A stretch of DNA of 63,708 bases, filler included, from Octopus bimaculoides (lineage: Eukaryota): the NCBI RefSeq assembly GCF_001194135.2. It is 5 parts of 5 records of this genome, joined end to end, with 100 filler letters (N's around TTAATTAATTAA, not from the genome) between each part and the next. Parts side by side here need not be neighbours in the genome. Positions count along the whole stretch, not along the records: positions 26,499 to 56,787 come from NC_068981.1; positions 56,888 to 58,364 come from NW_026399798.1; positions 58,465 to 62,505 come from NC_068985.1; positions 62,606 to 63,708 come from NW_026345749.1; 1 more part is not named here. One strand, written 5' to 3'. Shown here one piece after another: positions 51,042 to 63,708 of the stretch. The notes under the pieces are model-generated. The model was not told the DNA's origin, ran no database searches, and worked only from the letters and a program-made list of their open reading frames with translations. Made by a program: the position numbers and the translations under genes. Every line of letters starts with the position of its first letter. Position 1 is the stretch's first letter.

Positions 51042-51538
51042 TTATGTGTATATGTATATACCTGTGTTTGTATACCTATGTATGTATATATATATACGTA
51101 CATGCATATCCATAACTAAAATTAGACACACGGCCCGGTCAGCATGAAGTGAGAAAATGTATTTACAAACAGATACCGAATATAGTTCTAAGATATATTT
51201 AAGATATTACCAAATTCCATAGAAACACATCATAAACAACCTCTCTCCATCTCGGTCTTACAGACCCTGCGACTATTGTTCCCAGCATCTCTATTATTCA
51301 TCGCTTAGTCTTCCACACCCAAACATCGCTAGAATTTTAATAAGAAGCTAATAAACAGTTAATGCATTTAACATCTCTTTCTTGTAAATCAACTTTTTTG
51401 CTTAATATAGCAACTCATATTATAATGTGTGTTTGTACTATACATACCTGTGTGTATATATATATATATATATATATGTTTATATATATATATATATATA
51501 TATATATGTTTATATATATATACATACATATATATCTA

Positions 51539-51596
<58 letters not shown>

Positions 51597-52219
51597 NNNN
51601 NNNNNNNNNNNNNNNNNNNNNNNNNNNNNNNNNNNNNNNNNNNNNNNNNNNNNNNNNNNNNNNNNNNNNNNNNNNNNNNNNNNNNNNNNNNNNNNNNNNN
51701 NNNNNNNNNNNNNNNNNNNNNNNNNNNNNNNNNNNNNNNNNNNNNNNNNNNNNNNNNNNNNNNNNNNNNNNNNNNNNNNNNNNNNNNNNNNNNNNNNNNN
51801 NNNNNNNNNNNNNNNNNNNNNNNNNNNNNNNNNNNNNNNNNNNNNNNNNNNNNNNNNNNNNNNNNNNNNNNNNNNNNNNNNNNNNNNNNNNNNNNNNNNN
51901 NNNNNNNNNNNNNNNNNNNNNNNNNNNNNNNNNNNNNNNNNNNNNNNNNNNNNNNNNNNNNNNNNNNNNNNNNNNNNNNNNNNNNNNNNNNNNNNNNNNN
52001 NNNNNNNNNNNNNNNNNNNNNNNNNNNNNNNNNNNNNNNNNNNNNNNNNNNNNNNNNNNNNNNNNNNNNNNNNNNNNNNNNNNNNNNNNNNNNNNNNNNN
52101 NNNNNNNNNNNNNNNNNNNNNNNNNNNNNNNNNNNNNNNNNNNNNNNNNNNNNNNNNNNNNNNNNNNNNNNNNATATATATATATATATATATATATACA
52201 TGCGTGTGTGTGTGTGTGG

Positions 52220-52255
<36 letters not shown>

Positions 52256-53429
52256 CCATATCGACACCACATTTACATACCTGTATATATTAACATAGGC
52301 TTTTATTCTTACTTCCGGTGTTTAATGGCCGCCACGGAAGCTTAATGCGATTGTGCTATCTTACGTAGCAATGAGCAAAAAGAAATTACTGGAAGGAAAG
52401 TTGTAGAAAATAGAAAATAATAAAAAAAAATATGGGGAAACAGGAAAAGAATGAAATGGGGTGTGCAGTGAAAAACGAAAACTACATAAATTATAAAATT
52501 TAAATATAGCGGAAGGAAATAAGGTAGGTTAAACATTGATTTACATACCTTAACACATACATAAATAAACATTCATATATACACATACAAACATATACAC
52601 GGGTTGTCTTGTGTGTATGTGTGTATATTTACTTCTTTATGTGTGAGTGTCTGCGTACATCTGTATGTGTGTATACGTCTGCGACTGTATCTGTCAGAGA
52701 ACAGGCGAAATAAATGATATATAACTATGAAATTATGCGAATATATTATTTTCTTTTCTTTACTCCAATAGTTCTTAAGATTTTTAGGGGTGAACGCATG
52801 TGTGTGTATGAGTGTGTGTGTGTATGAGTGTGTGTGTGTATGAGTGTGTGTGTATGAGTGTGTGTGTGTATGAGTGTGCGTGTGTATAAAAATATGTATA
52901 GGTGCGTGTGTATGTATATGTAGATATATACGTGTATATGTTCGTATGTATGTGCAGACACATTCATAAATGTATTTACACATGTATGTGTGTATGTATA
53001 TATATATATATATATTCACACATATATATGTATATACATGTATATATTCACACATATATATGTATATACATGTATATATTCACACATATATATGTATATA
53101 CATGCATATATTCACATACGCACACGCGCGCGCGCACACACACACACACACACATTTATATACAGGCTCACAAAAACCAGCAGATTATGTGTCCATGCAT
53201 GTATCATAGAGGGAGATAAAATGTAACAGATAGAGAGGGGGTAAAGAAAGGAAGAGAGAGAGAGAGAGAGAGAGAGATGGGGGGAGATGTGTCCTAAGAA
53301 AAGATTAAAACAGGAGTTCGTGAGAGAAAATTGCTCAGTTGATAGGTTTACCACACTTCATTGGTGTACGTTCAAATCACGAGGAAGTCACTCCGTCGTT
53401 ATTTGGTTAAATGTGTTTGCGTGTGTGTG

Positions 53430-53476
<47 letters not shown>

Positions 53477-53534
53477 AGACGTTTGCTTTTCGGTCTAGTT
53501 ATGTACACGGAATCAAACTTAAATAATATCTATA

Positions 53535-53912
53535 TAGGCTGTGCGGTAAGTAGCTTGTTTACCAACCACATGGTTCCGGGCAGTGGCACCTTGGGCATGT
53601 GTCTTCTACTATAGCCTCGGGCCGACCAAAGCCTTGTGAGTGTATTTGGTAGACGGAAACTCAAAGAAGTCCTTCGTATATATATATGTATACATTTGTG
53701 TGTGTGTGTGTGTGTGTTTGTCCTCTCTCCATCGCATGATAACCGATGTTAGTGTGTTTACGTCTACGTAACCTAGCTGTTCGACAAAAGAGTCCGATAG
53801 AATAAGCACTAGGCTTACAAAGCATAAGTCCTGAGGTCTATTTGTTCGACTAAAGGTGGTGCTCCGGCATGGCCGCGGTCAAATGCCTGAAACAAGTAAA
53901 AGAATAAAAGAA
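53535..53912 (+). mobile_element. Complete SINE family B (head, internal (TA)n(TG)n, tail), followed by a partial family A copy to about 54012
   Basis: Head is 53535-53680, microsatellite 53680-53720 and tail 53720-53912. Confidence 0.9.
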
Positions 53913-54550
53913 TATATTTATATATATTACTTTCTAAGTTCAAATTCCGCCGAGGTCAACTCTGCTTTTCATCGTTACGGGTATCACTGGCCTTGTGCCA
54001 AAATTTGAAATCAATATTATCACATACATTCCTCGAAATATTCTTCTTCTATTCCTTTCCACAACATTCGCATATTCCCGCTCCTGTTTCACAGTAGAGT
54101 CATATCTTCCTTTTGTCCCCCGCTACAGCCTCCTAGCGTCCAGCCACAGTCACATATTTTCAGTTTGTCTCACTTTGTAATCCCATAACCGACTAATGAA
54201 TTAATCTGTAGCTATATAATTAAGTGATCCAATCAATAACCAGGTCTATCAGTAGTGGCACAATAGAATATGGAACTCAATCAAACAGGCAACTTGTTGA
54301 TATTTTTCCAGAGCAAAATCGAAGCATGCTATAACGTATCTGAGGCCATTCCGTCACTCATCCGTTTGCGACATCGCCACCCACCATTCACATCCCTAAG
54401 GAAAGTAAAGGAACAATGTTTCATATTTGAACTTGGCACCACGTCGCCGACAGGTTTAAACGAACGCTTTCTCTTCTACTCCTACCCATCCTCTTTCTTC
54501 ATTAAACCCTTTCTCTTCTTTCAACTCTCCTCTCACCTCATCTTCTCCCT

Positions 54551-54599
<49 letters not shown>

Positions 54600-55267
54600 C
54601 TTTGCTTGTTTCCCATTTCATCCCTTCTTTTTTCCTTCTCACGATCGTTCTCTTACTACTTCTTGTTCATGTTTGAAGTTTACCTGGTCATACGTTCCTC
54701 ATCAGTTGCAGCCAGTTTTTTTTTTTTTTACTTAGAGGAGGTAAAACTTTGCCGTATCGCATTTATTTCTTTCCTTTCAACTTATCCTTCAAGAAGGACA
54801 TTGACCTAACCGTTGCATTTTCTACTCCACACGTCAAGTTCACTCTTTTTAAGAATTAATACCGCGTGTCTCTGTCTTGTCTTACGGCAATTGCCTCTGT
54901 ACTAGCTTTATTTGATTTATTGTATTTGATTTATTGTACATTTTAAAAACATGGAGATAGGAAATAGTAGCCTTCATGCCTAGTCATAATGAGATTAAAA
55001 TTCTAAGACGAATTCTTCAATCCGAAATCTAAACTGCTAAATAAACTTGACACGTCGATCTTATCTCGCTACAATGTTGGTGGTAACATTGTTACATGCT
55101 TCTGGGGAAAATAGCAGCATATATATATATATATATANNNNNNNNNNNNNNNNNNNNNNNNNNNNNNNNNNNNNNNNNNNNNNNNNNNNNNNNNNNNNNN
55201 NNNNNNNNNNNNNNNNNNNNNNNNNNNNNNNNNNNNNNNNNNNNNNNNNNNNNNNNNNNNNNNNNNN

Positions 55268-55335
<68 letters not shown>

Positions 55336-55948
55336 CATTATCATCATCAACATTATTATTTTTATTATTATCATGCATTTAGAAAAAGACAATATTTATT
55401 CGTATATATATGTATATGTGTGTGAATAAGTTTATGTGTTTATGTATGTATGTATGCCAGTATGTATGTATGTATGTCAGTATGTATGTATGTATGCATG
55501 TACATATGTATGCATGCGTGTGTGTGTGTATGTATGTATGTATGTATGTATGTATGTATGTATGTATGTATGCATGTGTGAATGATACATTGATAGTAAT
55601 GATGTCAGAAGTGTTATAGATGGTGTTGTCGACATAAGATTATAAAAACAAGAGAAAAGAGGATTTTTATTTTATTTATTTATTATTTTTTTTTGAGGGT
55701 GTGGTTAACTCAATCCAGACAATTCCACCATTACTGCTTAGCTAAGGCGAACTTTCACGGGGTTCAATGACTGGAATCGGCGACATAGTTCCTTTCGGAA
55801 TGGTATCAATATCTGGTAATTTAAGCTTCACACTATTAATATCCGAAAAATATTTCTTTTTGTGTGTTCAGAGTCACATTATTTTCTGTTTTACCATTTT
55901 GGAAATTTCTCTATTTCTACACTTCCTTCTTGTTAGGGAAGTAAGAAG

Positions 55949-55980
<32 letters not shown>

Positions 55981-57099
55981 GAATAGAAAGAATTCAAGAA
56001 AGAAACGCTTGAATTATCGAAACGAGAAAGAAAATTCAAAAAGAAACTAGAGAAAGAACAAAAGACAAAATAAAGAAAAAATACATAAAAGATAATTAAG
56101 GAAAGAAATAAAGTGAAAGAGAGAAATTGCAGTTTGAGCAGATGTTGAAGATATCTAAATTTGTTGGAATTGTTCGAAATCCAAGAACACAAGTCCAAAG
56201 TGCTGAAAGAGCATTATGGTCTATTCTTTGCTGCTAAAAATAAAAATATTGGCTAAAAAATGGAATAAAAGACAGTTGGAAGTATTACTGAATACCCATC
56301 ATCAGAATAAATAAGAGGAAAGCTCCACTTTTGGTCTACAACTGCTAGAAATAATACGTGAATTTCTTTTCTATAACGTCTTAGTTGCTTTGAAAAAGTA
56401 GACAGGATTTTGCTAGTTTTGTGCGATATCTGCAAAAGGCCGTGGTTGGCATGGCTGGAAATGATTTGATCGAGAGATCTGCTTTGGGTCTTTTTTTACG
56501 ACCATGGGGGCCAAATAACAACGCCAACACCACGACCACCACCAACAACAGCACCATCATCACCACAATACTACCGCCCTCAATCCTTCATACACACATC
56601 TACATATCGCAATGTCTACGTTTCTTTGCTGTCTTGTACGTATATATGCATGTATATATATATACATATTTATGTAGGTATGTACATATATGTATATATG
56701 CATATATTTATATATTATTTATATATTAAACTTACTTGGAAATGGATGCGTGGCGTTCAATCCTATAATAATATAAATATATATATANNNNNNNNNNNNN
56801 NNNNNNNNNNNNNNNNNNNNNNNNNNNNNNNTTAATTAATTAANNNNNNNNNNNNNNNNNNNNNNNNNNNNNNNNNNNNNNNNNNNNCGTTGTGCAGCAC
56901 CCAGCAAACACTTTTTGTGGAAACTGGGTTCTTGGGGTGGTCATTAAGATTTACAGTAATTTGGGGAGCTGTACTTTCATGATCCTTTCTAACAATTCAC
57001 ATAAGAGTCTGACTGTCCCTATCTGAAAGTTTTGGTTTTCTTCCGGAGTTTTCTTTCGATAAGGTTTTTGCCTCTTTCTAAAAGGCTGTCATTATTTTC

Positions 57100-58331
57100 G
57101 AGTACGTATAACTCACATATATGTATATACGTACGTATAACACAGATATATGTACGTATGTATAATGAACGTGTGTATATACATACATACATATAATGTA
57201 CACGTGTGTATACGTATAATACACACAGGTGTATATAATGAACATGCGTGTACACACGAACGTATGATCCACACATGTGAATATACATACATATAATGCA
57301 CACAGTGTATATACGTATGAATAATGTACACGTGTATATACGTATAATGCACACGTGTATATAAGTACGTATAATGCATATATATGTTTATATATGTGCA
57401 TATCAAACATATATATTCATACATATAACACACATATATGTATATATGTACATATACATATGTATATACATATATGAATGTTATAACGCAGATATATGTA
57501 CTGACGTATAATGTATATACGTACTTATAATGCACACGTGTATATACGTACGTATAATACGTGTGTATATACGTACAGATAATGAACACGCGTGTGTATA
57601 TACGTACGTATAACATGTGCATACATGCATATAATGTATGTATATGTACGTGTAACATGTATATATGTATGTATAACGCACATATATGTACATATGTACG
57701 AATAAGGCACATATGTATATACGTACGTATATGCACACGTGTGCATATATGTACCCATACTGCACACGTATGTATATAGGTACGTATATACATGTGTGCA
57801 TTATCTGTACATATATACACGTGCGCATTATACGTACGTATATATACCTATGTGTATTATACGTNNNNNNNNNNNNNNNNNNNNNNNNNNNNNNNNNNNN
57901 NNNNNNNNNNNNNNNNNNNNNNNNNNNNNNNNNNNNNNNNNNNNNNNNNNNNNNNNNNNNNNNNNNNNNNNNNNNNNNNNNNNNNNNNNNNNNNNNNNNN
58001 NNNNNNNNNCACGTGCATTATACGTACCTATATACACACGTGCATTATACGTACCTATACACACATATGTATATACTATATACGTACATATATACACATG
58101 TATATGCACATATGTATATACACATACATATATAAACATATATACAATATATATATACATATACATAATATATATACACATAATATGTATACATATATAA
58201 TTTATATACACACATGTATACATATATAATATATATATATACACATATCATAAATATACATATGTACACATATATACACATATATACATATAAATATATA
58301 AAATATATATACACATATATATACATATAAA

Positions 58332-58364
<33 letters not shown>
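57100..58364. repeat. Degenerate TA/CA/TACG-rich satellite
   Basis: Low-complexity tract with a recurring gtatatacgtacgtataat..cacgtgt unit. It contains a gap. Confidence 0.85.
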
Positions 58365-58654
58365 NNNNNNNNNNNNNNNNNNNNNNNNNNNNNNNNNNNN
58401 NNNNNNNNTTAATTAATTAANNNNNNNNNNNNNNNNNNNNNNNNNNNNNNNNNNNNNNNNNNNNTATATATATATATATATATATATATATGTTTGTATA
58501 TCTATCGGATACACGTTCACATATATTCATGGATATGCATATAATTTGCAGATGGATACATACACACGCACAAATGTAAGATTTATAACTAAGTCATCGA
58601 TATGAGGTGTTATAAGGCAAGGGTGGATAGAATTTCAATGTTGGCCCTTTTTAT

Positions 58655-58809
58655 TCATGATGATGATGATGATGATGATGATGTCGACGACGGTGGTAAT
58701 GCAGATTACGATGAGAGCGAAAACTTCGACAACGATGGCAATGATCATCATTTTCTCGTCAATCTCCAACTTCTGCTTCACGTCCCCTTTATCCCTCCCA
58801 CCCCCTTCT

Positions 58810-58844
<35 letters not shown>

Positions 58845-58975
58845 CTTCTACTACTACTATTACTGCCACCATCACTACCACCACCACTACGTCTGCTGCT
58901 ACAGCTTTTCCAACACCACCTCCACCGCCTCGTTTTCTCCCCTTCTTCTTCCTCCTCCTCCTCCTCCTCCTCCTC

Positions 58976-59012
<37 letters not shown>

Positions 59013-59720
59013 CACCACAACTGCCACCACTCTTCCTTGTCCTGTTGCTGCTGCTGCTGNNNNNNNNNNNNNNNNNNNNNNNNNNNNNNNNNNNNNNNNN
59101 NNNNNNNNNNNNNNNNNNNNNNNNNNNNNNNNNNNNNNNNNNNNNNNNNNNNNNNNNNNNNNNNNNNNNNNNNNNNNNNNNNNNNNNNNNNNNNNNNNNN
59201 NNNNNNNNNNNNNNNNNNNNNNNNNNNNNNNNNNNNNNNNNNNNNNNNNNNNNNNNNNNNNNNNNNNNNNNNNNNNNNNNNNNNNNNNNNNNNNNNNNNN
59301 NNNNNNNNNNNNNNNNNNNNNNNNNNNNNNNNNNNNNNNNNNNNNNNNNNNNNNNNNNNNNNNNNNNNNNNNNNNNNNNNNNNNNNNNNNNNNNNNNNNN
59401 NNNNNNNNNNNNNNNNNNNNNNNNNNNNNNNNNNNNNNNNNNNNNNNNNNNNNNNNNNNNNNNNNNNNNNNNNNNNNNNNNNNNNNNNNNNNNNNNNNNN
59501 CTCCAACACCCCACCACCTCCACCTCCTCCTCCTCCTCCTCCTACCTCCACTACCGCTACCACTCTTCCTTGTGCTGCTGCTGTTGTTCCTCCAACACTA
59601 CCTCCACCACCTTCACCTCATCCCATACCTCCTCCTCCTCCTCCTCCTCCTCCTACGACTACTACTACTACAATCACCACTACTACAACAGCTGCTGTTG
59701 TGGCTGCTGCTGCTGCTTTT
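58655..59720. repeat. Mosaic trinucleotide repeats (GAT, CTT, CTA, CCT, CCA, GCT)
   Basis: Direct reading of the sequence. The tract is interrupted by a gap. Confidence 0.9.
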
Positions 59721-61004
59721 ATCCACCCCGTTCAACCCTTATGCTAATGCATACTTGCACGTTCCCATTTATTTTCCGATATTCCGTTTCCTGAGACTCT
59801 GTTACTGTGCCGCGTCCCAAACTCATTTAAACACCCTCCTCCCCATTCAACTGGCTCGTGTTGGATCCATCGAAAAGACGACGCAAGGAATATAACAAGA
59901 AGAAAAGTAAGAAGTATTCACAGTAAAAAAACAAAACAAAAACAAAAACAAAATAAAAAAAAAAAACTAATGAAGGATGACAGCTGGTTGTTGGAATCGG
60001 CGAAATAAATGCTTTGGATTTCACAGAGATGATTCAGATGGGATGAAACGATGAAATGCGAAGGGTTAACTGGGAAAATATTTTAACTGGCTGGAGTGGT
60101 GCAGAAAACAAAAAAACACCCCTCCTCACAAAATACCCAACAAAAGTAAAAAACAGCAACATAAAGACAAAAGAAGAAAATGAATGGTTAAGGAGACGCA
60201 TACATGTATACATGTAACATAAATACGCATACATCTATGTGTGCGTGCATGTATATATATATATATATATATATATACATACACATAATCATAAATATAT
60301 AGGGCTTAGCATGAGATGCTTCACCAACTTACTGAAAATTTAGAAATAGCAGTCAAAGAACTACTGATTCCAAACTACAAACTTTTCTCTAACGGATGGC
60401 GAAATATTTATGATTATAAATGGTTTTACCGATAAAGGTTTTTTTCATACTGAACTACTTGGCAAAATTGTTAATTATTAATTTTATTACTAATTGGCAA
60501 TTCCCTGCCCTATATTTGTATATATATATATATACACACATATATATATATATATGTACATATATAAAGAAANNNNNNNNNNNNNNNNNNNNNNNNNNNN
60601 NNNNNNNNNNNNNNNNNNNNNNNNNNNNNNNNNNNNNNNNNNNNNNNNNNNNNNNNNNNNNNNNNNNNNNNNNNNNNNNNNNNNNNNNNNNNNNNNNNNN
60701 NNNNNNNNNNNNNNNNNNNNNNNNNNNNNNNNNNNNNNNNNNNNNNNNNNNNNNNNNNNNNNNNNNNNNNNNNNNNNNNNNNNNNNNNNNNNNNNNNNNN
60801 NNNNNNNNNNNNNNNNNNNNNNNNNNNNNNNNNNNNNNNNNNNNNNNNNNNNNNNNNNNNNNNNNNNNNNNNNNNNNNNNNNNNNNNNNNNNNNTATATA
60901 TAATTAATCGTATAAAAGGGAAAAGGAAATTAATAAAGTTTTCACCTCCAAGTGGCCTAGCGTATAAAAGTTTAGTTCAAAGACGATGAATTATTCATAA
61001 GGTA

Positions 61005-61061
61005 CAGTGTATATTTAAATACCCATTAGTGGATTCCTCTTATGTATTTAAATATACACTG
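61005..61061. mobile_element. 57-bp Tc1-type mini-MITE or perfect hairpin
   Basis: TA|CAGTGTATATTTAAATAC-21 nt-GTATTTAAATATACACTG|TA. Confidence 0.65.
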
Positions 61062-61949
61062 TATATATATATAAATATAAATAAGATGTATTATAACACT
61101 ATTCCACATATACAAAAAATAGCCCATACCAACAAAACAATCCAACATATCTCCATCATCAGCTGCCCCACGGATATAATTATAGTTTCGACACCTGGAC
61201 AGTACCATTCAATCTGGCGGTGTCAACAACACTAAAAAAGTACTATTTGGGGAATAAACATACCAAAAAAACAAAACATACAACTTTCAAACACATTTAC
61301 CCTGTGTACGACAGTATTCAATCAAATATAAGCAGGATTAAACACTAACATTAAAATTAAACTACAACAAAGAAACATATAAATCTATGTACATCTGTAT
61401 CGGTATTAAAACTAAACCTGCAATAACTAAATTATATACTAAATAGCGGCCAATCTTTAAGCCCATACAAATAATAATCCCACCAGTCTTCCATAGTTAC
61501 TACTATAATAACAGAAAGTTAAAGCTTTATTTCAATTATCTCCAAATCAAAAACACTTTTGAATTTAATGAATAATATAATGATTATGAGTGAAATACAT
61601 AATAAAAAAAACACTGCATACTCTTAATCAATATTACCCTTACAAGCTATAATATAAACTTACCGGTAACTAATAGAAACATTAAATTTATTAAGTAGGG
61701 ACTAATAAAAGTATACTTGTAATTAACTATTACTATAAAACTCGATTAAAGCTAAATTAAAACTGTTTAAAAGAGAATAAAACTACGAAGTATTAACATG
61801 TTTTTTTCGAACCACATGGTTCCATTACTTCTAGAACTTAAAAGATTATCTTAACTATAGATGACGTAGTACGTAATTACTACTTCCTCGATTGTCTCAA
61901 ACAATATTGGTGACGTAGTAAGCAAATAACTTGAATCGGAAACATTCCA

Positions 61950-62405
61950 AATCTTTACAAATATTTACTAAGTTGAAGACTAGATACTGCTCCATATTTA
62001 TTTAAAATTTCAAGTCTCCCACCTAGACAGCGATTAAAAGTTTTAACCAATTTACCATATCTATACCCTTGTTTTATTAAATGTCTTAACAGTTTATTTA
62101 TTTTATACAAAAATTTATTACATTATTAATAATAGTGCAATATCTGACTATTTGCCCTGCAAAAACACCATAACCTATAAAAGAAGGAATTCTACTACTA
62201 AACCATGGCATTGAAGCCACTTGGAAACCAGAATCTTCTGTTTTATTATAAATGTCAGTACATATTTCATTATTATCCTTAATTACTAAATTGACATATA
62301 AATAATTAATATTCCTGATATTGTTACCATTTCTAGTGGCTATAAGCTCACTAGGGTATATTCTTCTGAGTAAAATTTCAAAGAAACCATACTTAGGTAC
62401 AAATC
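61950..62405 (-). mobile_element. Penelope-like element RT C-terminus, Naiad-like (permuted, RT-terminal) type
   Basis: Translates RRIYPSELI..INYLYVNL..TDIYNKTEDSGFQVASMPWFSSRIPSFIGYGVFAGQIVRYC. After a frameshift it reads LLRHLIKQGYRYGKLVKTFNR..ILNKYG and stops, with no GIY-YIG recognisable downstream. The 5' side is cut by a family D SINE fragment. Confidence 0.75.
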
Positions 62406-63708
62406 GTGGCACTCAGTCGGTTACGACGTCGAGGGTTCCAGTTGATCCGATCAACGGAACAGGCTGCTCGTGAAATTGACGTACAAGTGGCTGAGCACTC
62501 CACAGNNNNNNNNNNNNNNNNNNNNNNNNNNNNNNNNNNNNNNNNNNNNTTAATTAATTAANNNNNNNNNNNNNNNNNNNNNNNNNNNNNNNNNNNNNNN
62601 NNNNNGTTATTGCTATAAATCTACAGTAAATCTATGCAAAATATAGCCCAAAACTTCCGAAATATGGCATATACGCCCATTACTCATTTTTAATCTTCGA
62701 TCTCATTGATTACATTTGAGGTCTCGGATACGAAACGTCGTAACAAAATCAGTCCTGGTTATAATTTCTTTTTATCATCACCTGCACTATACCAATAGGG
62801 AAAGAAGACATTATTGTTTTCATTTAAGATTTGCTTTAAGAGAGCTTTTAAATACTGTCCTTATAGGAACATACATCACGGTTTTACATATGAGGAAATT
62901 GTTATTAAAGCCATGCTGAAATATTTTCTAATACCTAGCGTAGAGTTTCATGAATATCTGGTATTATTTATGCTCTCAGATATCTGTATTGTTTTACTTG
63001 GAATTTGTACTTGCAAAGGAAGTAGACACAAAACTCTCCTTTGTCTTTAGTTCTTATTCCTTTATAGGTAATATTAATTCCCGTGGGTCTAGTTATTACG
63101 GGTCTATTGTGTTTGTCAGNNNNNNNNNNATATTAATTCCCGTGGGTCTAGTTATTACGGGTCTATTGTGTTTGTCAGATTATAGTTTACGTTACGATAA
63201 TGCTATTTTGTTTAATGTGGAATTTGTGGCAACAATTTTTCCTTTTCTTAATACTATTCATTTTACTGGTATGGCACAATTTTCCTCCGGGGGGAATATT
63301 TCAAATGTTACATTTAAAACGATTTGAAAATTACAAAAATTGACAAAGTAAAAATAAATGAAATNNNNNNNNNNAAAACGATTTGAAAATTACAAAAATT
63401 GACAAAGTAAAAATAAATGAAATTTTGAAAAGTTATTTTAATCTAAATTTACAGCATACTGTGTAGAACATTAGAAAATATCTTCAATGTCACGTATAGA
63501 ATTGTAGACATGTGTAGTAAAGCTGATCTCTTGCAATATTGGGAATTCAATTTTATGACTCATCTCATTGAAAAACGTCTTTAAAATAATACACGTACAT
63601 CGTTGTAGTGACATCATATACACTTATATATATGCGAGTAATAGAGTTATAAGAGCATTTGCGAATAGTGCCTGGCTCCTAACCTGTAAATGGCAGAAAA
63701 GTTTGGTT

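Noticed and set aside
55047-55120. Signal-peptide-like ORF start TRRSYLATMLVVTLLHASG
   Set aside because: It runs straight into (TA)n, has no splice donor and lies downstream of the extracellular-domain exon.
54690-56310. Minus-strand CTGATGA hits near 54700 and 56300 (also 5285, 26832, 41155)
   Set aside because: No GAAA follows a closed helix II and no helix I forms; consistent with chance 7-mers.
58602-59895. 300-400 aa ORFs rich in poly-P/T/D/L
   Set aside because: They are trinucleotide-repeat mosaics open in several frames and on both strands across a gap.

Overview
AT-rich, gap-ridden eukaryotic DNA dominated by microsatellites and dispersed repeats. The tRNA-derived SINE families and the repeat landscape suggest an octopod cephalopod (inference). 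One host exon is firmly supported: 21581-21691 (+), encoding part of the extracellular hormone-binding domain of a class B1 (secretin-family) GPCR. The rest looks intronic or intergenic. It carries relics of three Penelope-like elements (PLEs), RTE and R4/Dong-like LINEs, a DD41D (rosa-type) and a DD34D-type mariner transposon, several MITEs or foldbacks, and four SINE families. The most striking pattern is a set of hammerhead-ribozyme-like motifs (2534, 5407, 8481, 11091, 32977, 35815, 36255, 40336) in short tandem or inverted PLE-type terminal repeats. The best-folding copies are antisense to the GPCR and the sense copies are broken. A separate permuted GAAA-N22-24-CUGANGA motif recurs four times. 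All folds were done by eye, and coordinates of decayed repeats are approximate. Four TTAATTAATTAA islands inside N runs look like artificial scaffold joins, so long-range contiguity is uncertain.
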